Of a DNA stretch of 64,000 bases, positions 16,290-36,385 are shown one piece after another. The stretch lies in assembly GCF_009914755.1 (NCBI RefSeq), contig NC_060947.1; one strand, written 5' to 3'. The DNA comes from the human T2T-CHM13v2.0 reference genome, Homo sapiens. Position 1 is the stretch's first letter, and each line of letters opens with the position of its first letter. Both the position numbers and the translations under genes were made by a program. The notes below the pieces were generated by a model, which worked only from the letters and a program-made list of their open reading frames with translations, was not told where the DNA came from and did not search any database.

Positions 16290-17830
16290 GAGTGAAAGAC
16301 AACCAACTGGATAGGAGAAAGTATTTGAAAGTCATATATCTGATAAGGGATTAATATCCAAGAATATAAAGAACTCTTACAACTCAACAACAACAACAAA
16401 ATAACCTTATTAAAAATTGGGTAGAGTGCTTGAATAGACATTTCTTCGAAGATATACAAATACCCAATAAGCACATGAAAAGATGCTTGACATCATCAGT
16501 AATCAGAGAAATGTGAATCAAAACCACAATGAGATACCACTTCACACCTGCTAGGATGGGTAGAATAAAAAAGATAATAGGTATCGGAGGTGGAACAATT
16601 GGGGCCCTTATATACTGCTCATGGGAGTATAAATGGTACAGTCACTTTGGAAAACAGTCTGGCAGATCCTCAAACAATTAAACATAGAGTTATTATATGA
16701 CCCAGCAAGTCTACTCTTAGGTATTACCAAAGAGAAATGAAAACACAAAAGTTTGTACATGAATGTTTATAGCAGCATTATTCATAATAGCCAAAAGATG
16801 GAAACAACCCAAATGTTCATCAACTGACAAATAGATAAATTATGGTGTATCTATGCAGTGGAATATTATTCAGCCATAAAAGGGAATGATGTACTGATAT
16901 GTGCTGTAACATGGATGAACACTGAAAACATGCTACATGAAAGAAGTCAGTCACAAAAGACCACATATTACATGATTTCATTCATCTGAAATGTCCAGAA
17001 GAGGAAAATCTATACAAGCAAAGTAGATTAGTGGTTGCCCAGGACAGAAGGCTTAGGAGGTGATGACTGATAGGTAAGGGGTATGTTTTGTTGTTGTTGT
17101 TGTTGTTTTTAGGTGATGAAAATGTTCTGAAATTGCCTGTGGTGATGGTTGCACATGTCTGTGAATATGCTAACAACTATTGAATTCTACACTTTAAATG
17201 TGCGAATTATATAATACGTGAACTACATCTCAAGAATGTTTTAAAACTGGTGTTGGGAAAACAGGACATCCACATGTAAAACAATGTATGTCAGATCCTT
17301 ACCATACACCATGTACAACAATTAACTCAAAATGGATTAAAGACCTAAATATAAGAGCCAAAACTACAAAAACTCTTAGAAGAAAACATAGCAGTAAATA
17401 TTCGTAAGTTTGAATGTGGCAATGGTTTCTTAGATATGACACAAAAAACACAAAAGAAAAAAGATAAATTGGACTTCACAAATTAAAAGCTTTTGTGATT
17501 CAATGGACACCATCAAGAAAGTGAAAAGAATGGAATACCGATACATTTTACACATCAATGTACCTTGAAAACATTATGCTAAGTGAAAGAATCCAGACAC
17601 ACAAGGACACATATTGAATGAATCAATTTATATGAAATGGCCGTATAGGCAAATCCGTAGAGATAGGAAATAAAATTAGTGTTTGCCAGGGGCTGTGAGT
17701 AGAGAGGAAATGGGGAGTGTTGCTAATGGACATGGGATTTCTTTTTGGAGTAATGAAAATGTTTTGCAACTACATAGTCATTATGGTTGCACATCCTTGT
17801 GAATGTACTAAAAAGTACTGAACTGGATAC
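16290..17830 (+). mobile_element. Old L1M(B/C) 3' fragments; host of the C4orf46 retrocopy, also continuing at about 13150-13200
   Basis: Degenerate ORF2 end and 3' UTR motifs (ggaaacaacccaaatg, ggtgatgaaaatgttctg). Confidence 0.8.
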
Positions 17831-17848
17831 CTTAAAAGGCTGAATTTT

Positions 17849-18765
17849 TTTCATTTCTTCTAAAAAAAACCAGGATAGATGTGCAGAACGTGCAGGTTTG
17901 TTACGTAGGTACATGTGTGCTATGGTGGTTTGCTGCATCTATTGACCCATCCTTTAAGTTTCCTCCCCTCACCCCTCACCCCCCAGCAGGCTCCGGTGTG
18001 TGATGTTCCCCTCCCTGTGTCCATGTGTTCTCATTGTTCAACTCCCATTTATGAACAAGAACATGCAGCATTTGGTTCTCTGTTCCTGTGTTAGTCTGCT
18101 GAGGATGATGGTTTCCAGCTTCATTCATATCCCTGCAAAGGACATGATCTCATTCCTTTGTATGGCTGCATAGTATTCCATGGTGTATATGTACCACATT
18201 TTCTTTCTCCAGTCTATCATTGATGGGCATTTGGGTTGGTTCCAAGTCTTTGCTATTGTAAATAGTGCTGCAGTAAACATACGTGTGCATGTGTCTTTAT
18301 AGTAGAATGATTTATATTCCTCTGGGTATGTACCCAGTAATGGGGTTGCTGGGTCAAATGGTATTTCTGGTTCTAGATCCTCGAGGAATCGCCATACTGT
18401 CTTCCACAATAGTTGAACTAATTCACATTCCCACCAACAGTGTAAAAGCGTTCCTATTTCCCCACAGCCTCACCAGCATCTATTGTTTCCTGAGTTTTTA
18501 ATAATTGCTATTCTGACTGGTGTGAGATGGTATCTCATTGTGGTTTTGATTTGCATTTCTCTGATGATCTGTGATGTTGAGCTTTTTTTCATATGTTTGT
18601 TGGCCGCATAAATGTCTTCTTTTGAGAAATGTCTATTCATATCCTTTGCCCACTTTTTGATGGGGTTGTTTTTTTCTTGTAAATTGTTTAAGTTCCTTGT
18701 AGATTCTGGATATTAGACCTTTGTCAGATGGGTAGATTGCAAAATGTTTTCTCCCATTCTGTAGG
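17849..18765 (-). mobile_element. 5'-truncated L1PA (L1PA8-like)
   Basis: ORF2 C-terminal peptide at 18125..18409; TSD TTAAAAGGCTGAATTTT at 17832-17848 and 18766-18782. Confidence 0.9.
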
Positions 18766-19011
18766 TTAAAAGGCTGAATTTTATAGCATGTGAATTATAT
18801 CCCAATTTAAAAAAGAATGCATATGTCTTAGTTCAGGCTTCCATAACATAATACCATAGACTGGGTGGTCTAATTGTTCAAAGCTCCACAGAAATTAGTT
18901 GGAGAAGTTACAAGAGTCCATTAATCATCTTGCTTTGTTAGTAGCAGCGGGCATGGTTCAGCATTTTCTGCTTAAGTTTCTCTGAGCTCACCAAAACTAA
19001 AATGATGTTGT

Positions 19012-20729
<1,718 letters not shown>

Positions 20730-20845
20730 ATACCATTTGAAGTAAAAGGTACAAAAGGTTATACGCTGAAAATTCTTTTTCCCACCCTTATTCCCTAACC
20801 ACTCATTTCCCCTCACCAGAGGAACCACTGTTTCCATGGGATATA

Positions 20846-20908
20846 TTAGATTGATTTATATGAAATTGCCGGTGTTTGACTATGATGATTTCATGTGGTT
20901 CAGCCTAA
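20846..20908. mobile_element. MADE2-like mariner MITE
   Basis: TA-flanked imperfect terminal inverted repeats ttagattgatttatatgaaat / atttcatgtggttcagcctaa. Confidence 0.7.
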
Positions 20909-20962
20909 TATCAGTGAAAAAACAGAGTCCTATCTTCATGGAGTTTTTATTCTAGTGGGAAG

Positions 20963-21890
<928 letters not shown>

Positions 21891-22685
21891 CAGGAAGGCA
21901 GACAATAAGCAATAAACAGAATAAATCAGCAAGTTATGGAGTATGTTAGAAGGTGGTACGTTCTATGAAAACAAAAGAAAAAGCAGAGGTAAGGGGAATC
22001 AGAGTATGTTTGTGTGGAAGGGATGTAGGTTGCAGTTTTAAATAGGGTGGTCAGCATAGTCCTCATTAAGGTTAGATTTGAACAAAGACTTGGAGACAAA
22101 GAAGTTAGCCAAGCAGTTATCTGGAAGAAGAAAGTCCCAAAGCAAGAGAATAGCTAAAATAAGGCCTTGAAGTAGGAGTCATCCTTGCATGCGTAACAGC
22201 CAGGAGGCCAGTATGACTGGCACAGAGAAGGGTTTGGTGAGTGGTAGAAGAGGAGGCCAGGTAAACTTGAGGGGGACAGGCATGGGAAATCATGTGGGAC
22301 CTTGTTGGCTGTTGTAAGGATTTGAGGCATTTTTGATTAGTTCTTAATTCGTACTTACAAATGTTAAATGAGATTATGTATGGGAAACATTAGTAATCAG
22401 GAAAGCACTCTATGAAAGCTAGTTACTTGTATTAAAGTATTGAAATTTTTATTTTTAGTTAGCATATCCATAGAAACAACTTTCCTTTACTTCATCTAAG
22501 GTGATAAGAATTTTTTTTCTAAGCAGGAAGAATGCTTACCATATTTTATTACTAGCACATTTTAATTTTTTAAACATGACACTTGAGCATATATAAAATG
22601 TAGCATATTTTTAATTGGGGAGGTGGGGGAAAAGTTGAGGAAAGATTATTTGCATGGCTGAAATTAATGAATTTATTGTTTCTAA

Positions 22686-22865
<180 letters not shown>

Positions 22866-23245
22866 TGAAGAGAATTCTACTAGAAATTACTTCTAACAAT
22901 GAGATAGAAGCAGACACACTGACACATTTGGCAATAAAAACTATTGTACTTCTTATCTTGAAGCTAAATAAGTTTTCTTTGACCCATTAATTCCTCTCAT
23001 AAAGAAAAAAGATATATTTTCAATTTAAAAACATCTGAACATGGAATCTTGATATTGTGGTTGTATATTTATAGATTTATATTTTATAAGTATATGAGTA
23101 TTTATATACTGTTTATTACTCTGAATCTCATACTGAACTAAAATGTATGTTTTCAGGGGATGGGTTAGGGTTTTCTTTTTCTTTTATAACATGGTGATTA
23201 TTTTGCAATTAAAACTTGAAGGGAAAATGTCTAGAGAATTACTAG

Positions 23246-23891
<646 letters not shown>

Positions 23892-24109
23892 TGATATGCC
23901 TAAGGAAGACTCTATTATTGGTTTTTTGTTTGTTTGTTTTTCAGACTCTAGGGCTTTAAGTTGAAGACTCTATTGTTGTTTAACATTACTTGAGCATCAA
24001 CAGCATTCTAGATATACTGTGGTTAAAGATGTAGTTCAGGTTATAAAAAAGCCTTCTGAATACTGCATGAAGTACCTGTGGTTATCATAAGAAACTTCAT
24101 GCATATATG

Positions 24110-24400
24110 GCAGGGATTGGAAAATGGTGATCTGCAGGCCAAACCCAGTTTGCCAACTGCTTTCATATGGCTCATAAGCTAAGAATGCCTTTTACATTTT
24201 TACACCATTGAAAAAAATTAAAAAAATATTTAGGAACTTATGAAAAGCACATGAAATTCAAATTTTTGTGTCTGTAAGTAAAGTTTTAGTAATATACAGT
24301 TTTATTAGAACACAGCCACACTCATTCATTTACGTATTGTGTACAGCCCTTTTTTCACTACAAGAGAGTTGAATAGTTGTGACAGAGCCCATACGTGGTG
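24110..24400. mobile_element. MER58B-like hAT relic
   Basis: gctaagaatgcctttt...gaacacagccacactcattcatttacgtattg...gagttgaatagttgtgacagag. Confidence 0.7.
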
Positions 24401-24409
24401 TCCTCATTG

Positions 24410-25890
<1,481 letters not shown>

Positions 25891-25951
25891 GTCCAAGAAG
25901 ACTTACTTTCCATTAAAAATTTCAAACATACACAAAGGTGGAGAAACTATT

Positions 25952-26062
25952 TTTTTTTATTATACTTTAAGTTTTAGGGTACATGTGCACATTGTGCAGG
26001 TTAGTTACATATGTATACATGTGCCGTGCTGGTGCGCTGCACCCACTAACTCGTCATCTAGC
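25952..26062 (-). mobile_element. Young L1 3'-end stub (L1PA2-like)
   Basis: Minus strand gctagatgacGAGttagtgggtgcagcgcacc...cttaaagtataat; TSD AACTATT at 25945 and 26063. Confidence 0.85.
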
Positions 26063-26516
26063 AACTATTAATAGTACAAGAATCTACCCTATACCCATCA
26101 CCTAGAAAAATCCTTGCTATTTATTTGCATGCCATTCTCATCAGTTGAATTTTATAATGTGTTTTGCTGATGATTCTAAGAGTTGGTCCAGGCCTTCCTG
26201 CCTATTGTATTCTGTTAAGGTAGATGTCTCTGACTAGTGGATTGGAACTTCCTAGTATATCTCCATACCAGTTGCCATTTCTAAGCCTTTTGGCCACCCC
26301 CTGCCACCACCCCTGCCCGCCCCTTTCCCTTGTCACTCTTCGCAATTCTCAGCACTAATTGTAGTGTATATAATTTCAGTACTCTTTCCCATGCTTTATT
26401 TAGTTTGTTTTTGAACATATTTTTTTCTCATTTCTCTCCAACTTGTATCTCAGGATCCAAAGAATTAACAATATCTCATGCCAAAAGCTTGAGGATTCCT
26501 ACTGTATTGACAATAA

Positions 26517-26913
<397 letters not shown>

Positions 26914-29897
26914 TAATGGATATGTCATTTTAGCTGAGTTGTATTCTCATTTGTGTAATATACTTATCATTTTAATGTTATCTTATCATTAAAACAACCT
27001 TATATTGGTGGTAATTCTATTTGCTGGAGGTTCTCTGTAATTTTGCTTTTATGCAATGTTCATTACAGTAATGGCGGGAAGTTAATGCCACTTTGGAATT
27101 TGATCAGCTTGCATCACTACCAGAATGGTTTTCCTATGACTAGTTGAGATCCACATGCAATACATTTTTTGACATACTACCAGGAGCAGATGTTAATATC
27201 ATAATGAAAGCTTTGTCCAACTGGACATCAGATTTAGCACAAAATTCAAAATTAGGGACAAGATGGATTCTTTCTAATTATCAGAAGCTCATCATATTTT
27301 TAAGGGCGTGAATGATTACATTGGAACTAGAATATTTTGTGTCTCCAGATCAGATACTTGTGAGAGCTCTACTTTTTAACTATTCTTGATCTAAACATTA
27401 ACTTTTACCATTTATTTTTCAGAGGTTTCAAAATGGTTTTGGCTCTTTAGTGAAATACAGAATTTATACTTTATCTCTGCAGTATTCTTACCTAAAATTC
27501 TGATTTATTATAAGATCTTGAGTAGATTGGTTTCAGTTTGCCTTGTTTTTATTACCCAAAATTGGCTAATTAGCCCATCATTACTCTCTATGAAGTCTGA
27601 TACATTTCCTTAATTCAAGAGTCCTATGAAGTGTGGTGCTAATATGTGGACAATTCTTCTCTTCCTAATCTGAAACTGTAGGTGATTTTTTCCATGTCTA
27701 AGTTTTATAGTCATCTTGGCCAGAGAGTAAACTTTGGATCCATATTACTATTTGTATGAGGGAAAAAGCAGTATTTCTTGTTTGTTGACTCTACACTCTG
27801 ATTAGCTAAGACTATGTTGATAGCTGTGGCTAGAAAAGTTTTATTTACATAGCATATATTCCTTCTCCTAAGTTTTCTGTACTGTTGACATCCATGTGAC
27901 TACTTAGATATGAACTTTCCATTTTCACATGCTCCAAAGGTAGATTTTTTTTTTCTTGTATTCACCATCTACCTTGGCGTAATTCCAGTCTTAGAGGCTC
28001 CCACATTGCTTCTTCCCGGCAACATCCCCGAACAGGGATACGGTTGCCTTTAATGATCTTTGGGGAAAGAGCCAAGTTGGAAAAGCTGAGAGATGACAGG
28101 TAATTATTTTACGTATTTATCTTCAAAATATTCAAATTTATATAAAAATATTTTCCCCTAATCATATCTATGCAAAAGTTAGGCATATTTTGCAGTTTGT
28201 TGATTAGTAAAGAGAATAGTAAAAGTAGCTCTGCAAACTCAATGCTAATGCTTTAAAAATGAGTTGCTTAATTTCACTGAGTAATAAGTATGACACATGA
28301 ATTTGATTTATCCTCAGATGAAACTAATTAAACCTCCTCCACTTGATCTGAGGTGGGGCTGGTGTTGAGGGCCAGAACAGAAGCTGAACCTTACTAATTA
28401 TATAGTAGTGTCTGTGCTAATTGCAGTAAAGCTGTTTTAACCATTTGGAAACTAGTTCATGTAATTTTTTGCCAAATGACTTAGGTACTTATTGTCCACT
28501 GACAGCTAAAGTATTTTCCAAAACCCTCAACTCTCTGTCTAGCAAACTATTGTAGGTGAATATTTGTCTCTGCCAACATATCCATGTATAACTATAAAAC
28601 TAGATTCTGCTTTGATGTTTGCAAATACATTCTTGCTTCCCAAAACAGCCTGTTTGCATCACACTCATATGTAAGATGGCTATTTCCGCTGCATCTTCCC
28701 AAAGTTCACCACTGCTTAATAAGGTCTGTTTAAGGTCAAACAAATGCAATTGAATTTTGATTACACTGAAAATGAAGAATAGCAGCAATATAATGTGAAA
28801 GCACTTTGTGTTGTCAACAGTGATTTATACAAATTCCAGTGACAGATACTCAAGACTACTTTCCAGGGCACATTCATAATTTGATTGCTAAAAATAAAAG
28901 AAAACACACTTGTTCTGCCTTTTTCAGCTCTGCTTCTCCTCTTTCAGTCAAAAGCCCTTATGTTAGTAACCTTTATTCTTTTTTAAAAAAATATTTTACT
29001 AAGTGTGAAGTGTTCTGGGGCCAGAGAGAGATTTTCTGTGAAGTTAATGAAGCTTAAGTTTCAGAGCTCCTCATTTGCAGTGACCTTCTTCTAAGACTCT
29101 GGAAGGAGTATCAGCAATGTGTTTATATGGTCATGTGTTTTTGTACAATTTGAAAAATTAAAAAAAAATTTAACCACAACCCTTCAAGGCCATTGTCCAT
29201 TTCTACTTCAATGACTCTTCTGTTAGACCTCCCCTTTGTGTTAGTGTGATATTGGAATGGCCATGAGCTTTTTGGGGATGTGACTAAGGGGAGGTTGAGT
29301 TGGGGATATGTTTAGTTTGGGGTTAGTAGGCTATTTGGCTATAGGTGGTTCTTTGTCACTTCTGTGTATAGTGGAGTTTTTGCTAGGAATTCTGATATAG
29401 GGATGGCTTCTTGGAACACCCCTACTACTCATGGGGCCAACTCACTAAGCATCATGACATGAAGATGCAGGGCTCAGTGTAAAACTGGTAAATGAATGTT
29501 ACCAGTTCAAAGAATATGTAAGATTAGTCACTTCACAAGTAAATTTGAAATGCCCTGAAATCTTACAGCTCATATATGAAAGAAACTCAACAGTTTTCTC
29601 AAATTTGACAGTAGCTTTAAAAATGTATCAATGCCTAGTTGTTATGTTGAAAGGAACTTTTCTAAACTATCATTAATTTTAAAAATTTTTATCTAGAGAA
29701 AAGACTGAACTATTTTTATTTTCTTTATATACAAGTGATTTTATAAAGTCGTCAAATGAAGCACTAAAGAATATACAGCCAAAAACATAGGAAAAGAAAC
29801 TATCAGAGAGGTATATCAGGCATTATTAATAAAAATGTTATTGTTATGGATTTTTATGATATTTGTTAGCTTTAAAAATTTATAACTTGTGATTTAA

Positions 29898-30209
<312 letters not shown>

Positions 30210-31257
30210 TGATTTTTGTTATGCGCTCAGAATATTTTCTTTTGTACAAAATTTTGTGTTTATGGTTTTTTATTCCTTTTTTTAAAGAAGGCCCTTCAAA
30301 TTGTTTAAGTTTCAGACACCACAAAGTGTGAATTCACCTCTTTCTAGACATCATATAGAAAGCTGTCTTTGCCCAAACATAATTTATAGTCAGAATGTAG
30401 TTCAACATGATCATACATAAATATTGATTACTTTTTAAAGAATGTTAAAGCTTAAAATTTCTGCAAATAATTAATGGGAACTAGGCTTAATACCTGGGTG
30501 ACAGAATAATCTGTACAACAAACCCCTATGACACAAGTTTACCTATATCACAAACCTGCACATATACCCCTGAACTTAAAAGAAAAGTTAAAAAAGAAAT
30601 GTACACAAAAAAGAATATTTCTGAATCATAACTTCTAGGATTATAATTAAGCCTCAGGTGCAGTTAATTTAGAAATCAGATTTGGGGAGAAGAGTGTTTC
30701 AACTAAGTCAAGGAGCTCTTGGTAGTGTTTGGAATGAAGTAATATAATTGTGATATTAAATTGAGTAAAGTTGTTTTATTGGAAAATGCAACAGCAGAAC
30801 AGATTAATTAACAGAATTCAAAAAGAGTGAATAGTCAGGAAATCTCTAATTTTGGAATAAATAGAATATGACTATTTGCCTTTGCAACTTTAGAATTTAA
30901 ATGCATTTTGGGAATTGTGTCCTAAGTTATACAGTAAATAAATGTAATTTTCTTGTTTGTACTGCCAGTGTTAAGACTGTAGACTTTAAAGGGATTAACC
31001 TGAAGTTTAATTTAATCACCCTGGTGGTCTGTTCAAAGGAAAAGTAAAATAGGCAGATAATGTGAAGATCTTTCTCCGGGGTTGTTTGGCCTTTTTGAAA
31101 GTGGAAGTATAAAAACAAATTTAATTAGATATAAGTACTGAATGATTCCAAAGGTTAATGCCTTATTAACAAATTAGTTTGTCCCTGAAACTTACAACAC
31201 TAACTTTTTGAGTGCTTTTCCTTTTTAATTAGATAAAGGCTATAGTCCATTCTCTTA

Positions 31258-31563
<306 letters not shown>

Positions 31564-31591
31564 TTACTAAATTCCTCCTTTGGATCAATAA

Positions 31592-32054
<463 letters not shown>

Positions 32055-33904
32055 TAAGTATATATACTTGATGTGTGTGTGTCCACTTTTTCTAAAAATG
32101 GAAGCATACTATGCACATCATTCTGCACCTTGCTTTTTTTTAAATTAGCAAATATATCTTAGATATTGTTCCACATCAATATACAGAGCCCCATCTAATA
32201 TTTTTCTTTCTATATGGGACTCTTTTTTTGGCTTCTTAGCTTTTTCTGGCAAATGACAGTGCATTGAATATTCTGTTTTTCAAACTGGTGCTCTGTCACC
32301 AATACTATATTAGAGTAACATAGGCATTTTTATTATTATAAATTAGTAGGTAATAATCATTTATCCATGAAGATGTCGAGTCAGCTTCAAAGAGGATTAG
32401 GTTTCTGATTTAGCTGAACTCTATTCTGAGGACCAAAGGAAGGTCAAATCCAAGATAAAAAATTTAGCAGTGAAGGAATGGTGTAAAGAGGGACTTTCAC
32501 TATTTCTTTTGTATATTTTTGTGTTTAAATTTTTATAGCGAACAATCATACATTTGTCATATAATGTTTGAAGCAAAGTGAAAATACATTAGAAATGGCC
32601 AGGCATAGTGGTTCATGCTGTAATCCCAGTACTTTGGGAGGCCAAGGTGGGAGGATTGCTTGAGACCAGGAGTTTGAGAACAGCTTGGGCAACATAGCAA
32701 GACCTTGTCTTTTAAAAAGAAAGAGAGAAAGAGAGAGAGAGAATGAGAATATATTAGAAATGAGAATTCTGACAAAGTACTCAGTTTAAAGATGGTTTAG
32801 TTCATGAAAAACAATGCTACAATGTAATAAAAACTAACAGAATGTCTGCATCTTTTTCATCTTAAAACATTTGATTTTTGAATTTTTAGATTGATTTTGG
32901 ACTATTATTTAGTGTCTAAGGATTGTCTTTTTCTAGTTTATAATCTGATATAATAGTTTTAAAGTGATAACCTTTATTTAGGTTACTCAAATAGGATAAA
33001 TGTTCATGGAGCTTGATGGCTTCCTCTTACAATATTTTAATTTTCAATATTCTATATTGAAGCATCAAATAGAGTGTTACCCTATTAATGTAAATACATT
33101 ATATTTTTCAGCAAACCATAATGGAATTTGTATTGAGACTGTATGTATTATAAGTGATGATCTTTTTGTATATTATAAATAATTTTTAGTTGATTCAAAA
33201 ATATATTATGGGTGGTGAATCAAACATATTAGAAATTCAGGATAATTGATTAATCATGTCACTTTTCTGACTTCAGTCTCCACATCTGTAAAATAACAGA
33301 ATCCTTTCAAGCTGTGAAAAATCTCTTATAACCTTTATGTTGAGTTGTTATATGAAAATGTAAGAAAGTAAGCTTTAAACTGTCTGAAGATTCCCACACT
33401 GAGCAGCATGCTAACCTGAATTTATTATGATCATATATAAATTGATTCCTGGGGGATAAAAAGGAATTTCAATGTGCTAAAACTTGAGCTAAGTTATTTT
33501 CCCATAGTGACTTTTAAAAATGTGGAAATATTAGAATGTTCTGATTGTCAGTTCTGTTAAAAACTCAAATGTGTTTTAAAATCATTTCAAATTTAAACTA
33601 GCATGGGAGAATATGTGAAATGTGAGAGGAAAAAACAAACAATTAAAATTTGGTTCAAACACTAGAAATATTGTATACTTTTCAGATTATTTATAAGCCA
33701 TAAATTGCTCAAATCATAGGCATAGAATTTTAGTTTTCCAAGGAAATTGTAGATTATTTAGCATAATCATTTATAGATGTAAAGAGTGTAGACTTTGGAG
33801 TTACATACACCTGCATTTGAATCCTAGCTCTTTCATTTTCTTGTTGGGTTCCTTGGGCAATTTATTCAATTTCCTGGCCTTCATATAGGAACCTGGATCA
33901 CCTT

Positions 33905-34247
33905 TGTCTTAGTCTGTTCAGGCAGCTATAAGAAAATACCATAAAGTGGGTGGCTTATAAACAACAGAAATGTATTTCTCACAATTCTGGAAGCTGGGAA
34001 GTCCAAAATCAAGGTGCTGGCAAATTTGATGTCTGGTGAGGATTGACTTCCTGGTTCATGTATTGCGCCTTCTCCCTGTGTCCTCACATGGTGGAAGGGA
34101 CAGGGTAGCTCTCTGGGACCTCTTTTATAAGGGCACAAATCCCAATCTTGAGGACTCTGTCTTCATTACCTAATCACCTCTCAAAGGCCCCCTGCCAATA
34201 TTATTACCTTGGGAATTAGCATTTCAGCACATGAATTTTTGAGGGAC
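33905..34247. mobile_element. MLT1A-like MaLR LTR
   Basis: tgtcttagtctgttcagg...tctcacaattctggaagctgggaagtccaa...cctaatcacctc. Confidence 0.8.
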
Positions 34248-34772
34248 CTTTCCCTATCAAATAAGAAAGAATACAGAAGAGAAAACATGTACTGATGACA
34301 ACCTAAGAAGTGGTAGTAACATAGTTTTTTAGCTTATATAGAAAGTTAGAACTGAAAAGATTATTTTATCTAGTCTCTCAGGAAACTGAAGCCCTCAGAG
34401 GTAGGGTAATTTGTTTAAGGTTCTAGCTTTCATATTGCCTAAGAATAGAAGATGCAGTCTTTGTGGGTTTATGCAAATTATACAGAAATCATATGCAAAT
34501 AAAGTATACTGTGCCTGAATTTCATGTTTGACATTTCAAGAGACACAGAACACCACAAAAATTAAAAGAATCGATCTTTACAATCTCTGTGACAGTCAGC
34601 ACTCTACACCACCATTAATACTATGAAGGCCACAGAGTACGTTTGGTATATTTTCCTTTTTTCTCTCCCACTACTGCCTTCATCAAAATACAGTGAATAG
34701 TCCTCCATCTTCAGTCTTTCCTATGAGCTATATTTATAATTTGTAGGCTGTTACATTTATTTTCAGAGGAAC

Positions 34773-35053
34773 TTTTTTTTTTTTCCGAGACGGAGTTTCA
34801 CTCTCTTGTCCAGGCTGGAGTGCAGTGGCACGACCTCCGCCTCCCGGGTTCAAGCGATTCTTGTGCCTCAGCCTCTTGAGTAGCTGGGATTACAGGCGCC
34901 CGCCACCATGCCCAGATAATTTTTACATTTTTAGTAGAGACGGGGTTTCACCATGTTGGCCAGGCTGGTCTCGAACTCCTGGCCTTAAGTGATACACCCA
35001 CCTCGGCCTCCCAAAGTGCTGGGATTACAGGCATGAGCCACCACTCCGGCCCA
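34773..35053 (-). mobile_element. Alu
   Basis: Alu consensus; TSD cagaggaac. Confidence 0.9.
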
Positions 35054-35400
35054 GAGGAACGATTGATATAATGGAAAAATAGTTCCTCTGAAAATAAAAA
35101 TAACAACATTGGTTCCTAATAAAAGATTAAGAGAAAAAGACAAGCTGTCGAAATATTGGAGCAATGTGGGGAATGAGGAAGGTGGGGTAGGGCAGAGAAG
35201 GGAAGTTATTTTTGGAGCAGGGGTTGGGGTTAGAGGACATATGAAAGGAGAGCAGCACAGACCCGGAATCAGACTGCCGCCAGCACTTTCCAGCTCTATG
35301 GAGTCTGCCTGGTTTTGCTCATCACTGTATCTCTAGCAGCTAGCATAGTGCCGGGCACATAATGGACATTCAATAAATATTTGTTGAATACATAAGTACC

Positions 35401-35733
35401 TTTTTTTTTTTTTGAGGCGAAGTCTTGTTTTGCCGCCCAGCCTGGAGTGCAGTGGTGCAATGTCGGCTCACTGCAACCTCCACCTCCCGAGGTTCTTCAA
35501 GTGATTCTTCAAGTGGTTCTTCAAGTGGTTCTTCAAGTGATTCTCCTGCCTCAGCCTCCCGAGTAGCTGGGATTACAGGCACCCACCACCACGGCCAGCT
35601 AATTTTTGTATTTTTGGTAGAGACGGGTTTTCCTGCATTGGCTAGGCTGGCCTCAAACTGTGACCTCAAGTGATCCGCACACCTCAGCCTCCCAAAGTGC
35701 TGGGATTACAGGTGTGAGCCACCACGCCCAGCC
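35401..35733 (-). mobile_element. Alu with an internal 12-bp tandem expansion
   Basis: Alu consensus; TSD ataagtacc. Confidence 0.9.
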
Positions 35734-36097
35734 AATAAGTACCATTTTGACTTCCTGCCCAAAGATTTAGCACCCAGAGCTGTACTGTGAATTTGTTTCC
35801 TTTGAGACCTTAGGTTTGAAAAGTCTCTTTGCTATCTAACATTCAGAGGCAAAGTTGAGTGCTGTTACCCCAAAGAGGGATACTTTTGTTTGTGCTGAGT
35901 GTGGTTGGTCAGCTTTTAAAACAGAAATAGAATTTACTAAAGGAAGTGTTTTCTCATCTGCAGCATGCAAATAGCGTAGGGTACTTTGACTTCTCTTTTG
36001 TGTAGTATTTTATGCATAGTTTTCTTATGCCTTTTATAAATAAAAGATAGGCTAAAGCAGTTAGAAAGTATAGCAAACCATCCAGTGACAAAGTGAT

Positions 36098-36385
36098 TTT
36101 TTTTTTTGAGACAGTGTCACTCTGTCACCCAGGCTGGAGTGCAGTGGCACGACTTTGGCTCACTGCAGCCTTGACCTTCAGGCTCAGGCAATCCTCCCAC
36201 CTCAGCCCCTTGAGCAGCTGGGACTACAGGAGTGTGTCACCATGCCTGGGTAATTTTTGTATTTTTTGTGGAGACAGGGTTCCACCATGTTGCCCAGACT
36301 GGTCTGGAATTCCTGAGCTCAAGCTATCTGCCCAACCACCTCAGCATCCCAAAGTGCTAGGATTACAGGCGTGTGCCACCTGGCC
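36098..36385 (-). mobile_element. Alu (J-like)
   Basis: Alu consensus. Confidence 0.9.

Noticed and set aside
25952-26062. Possible polymorphic L1HS-Ta insertion
   Set aside because: Carries GAG rather than the ACA diagnostic, so it is an older and likely fixed L1PA2-type stub
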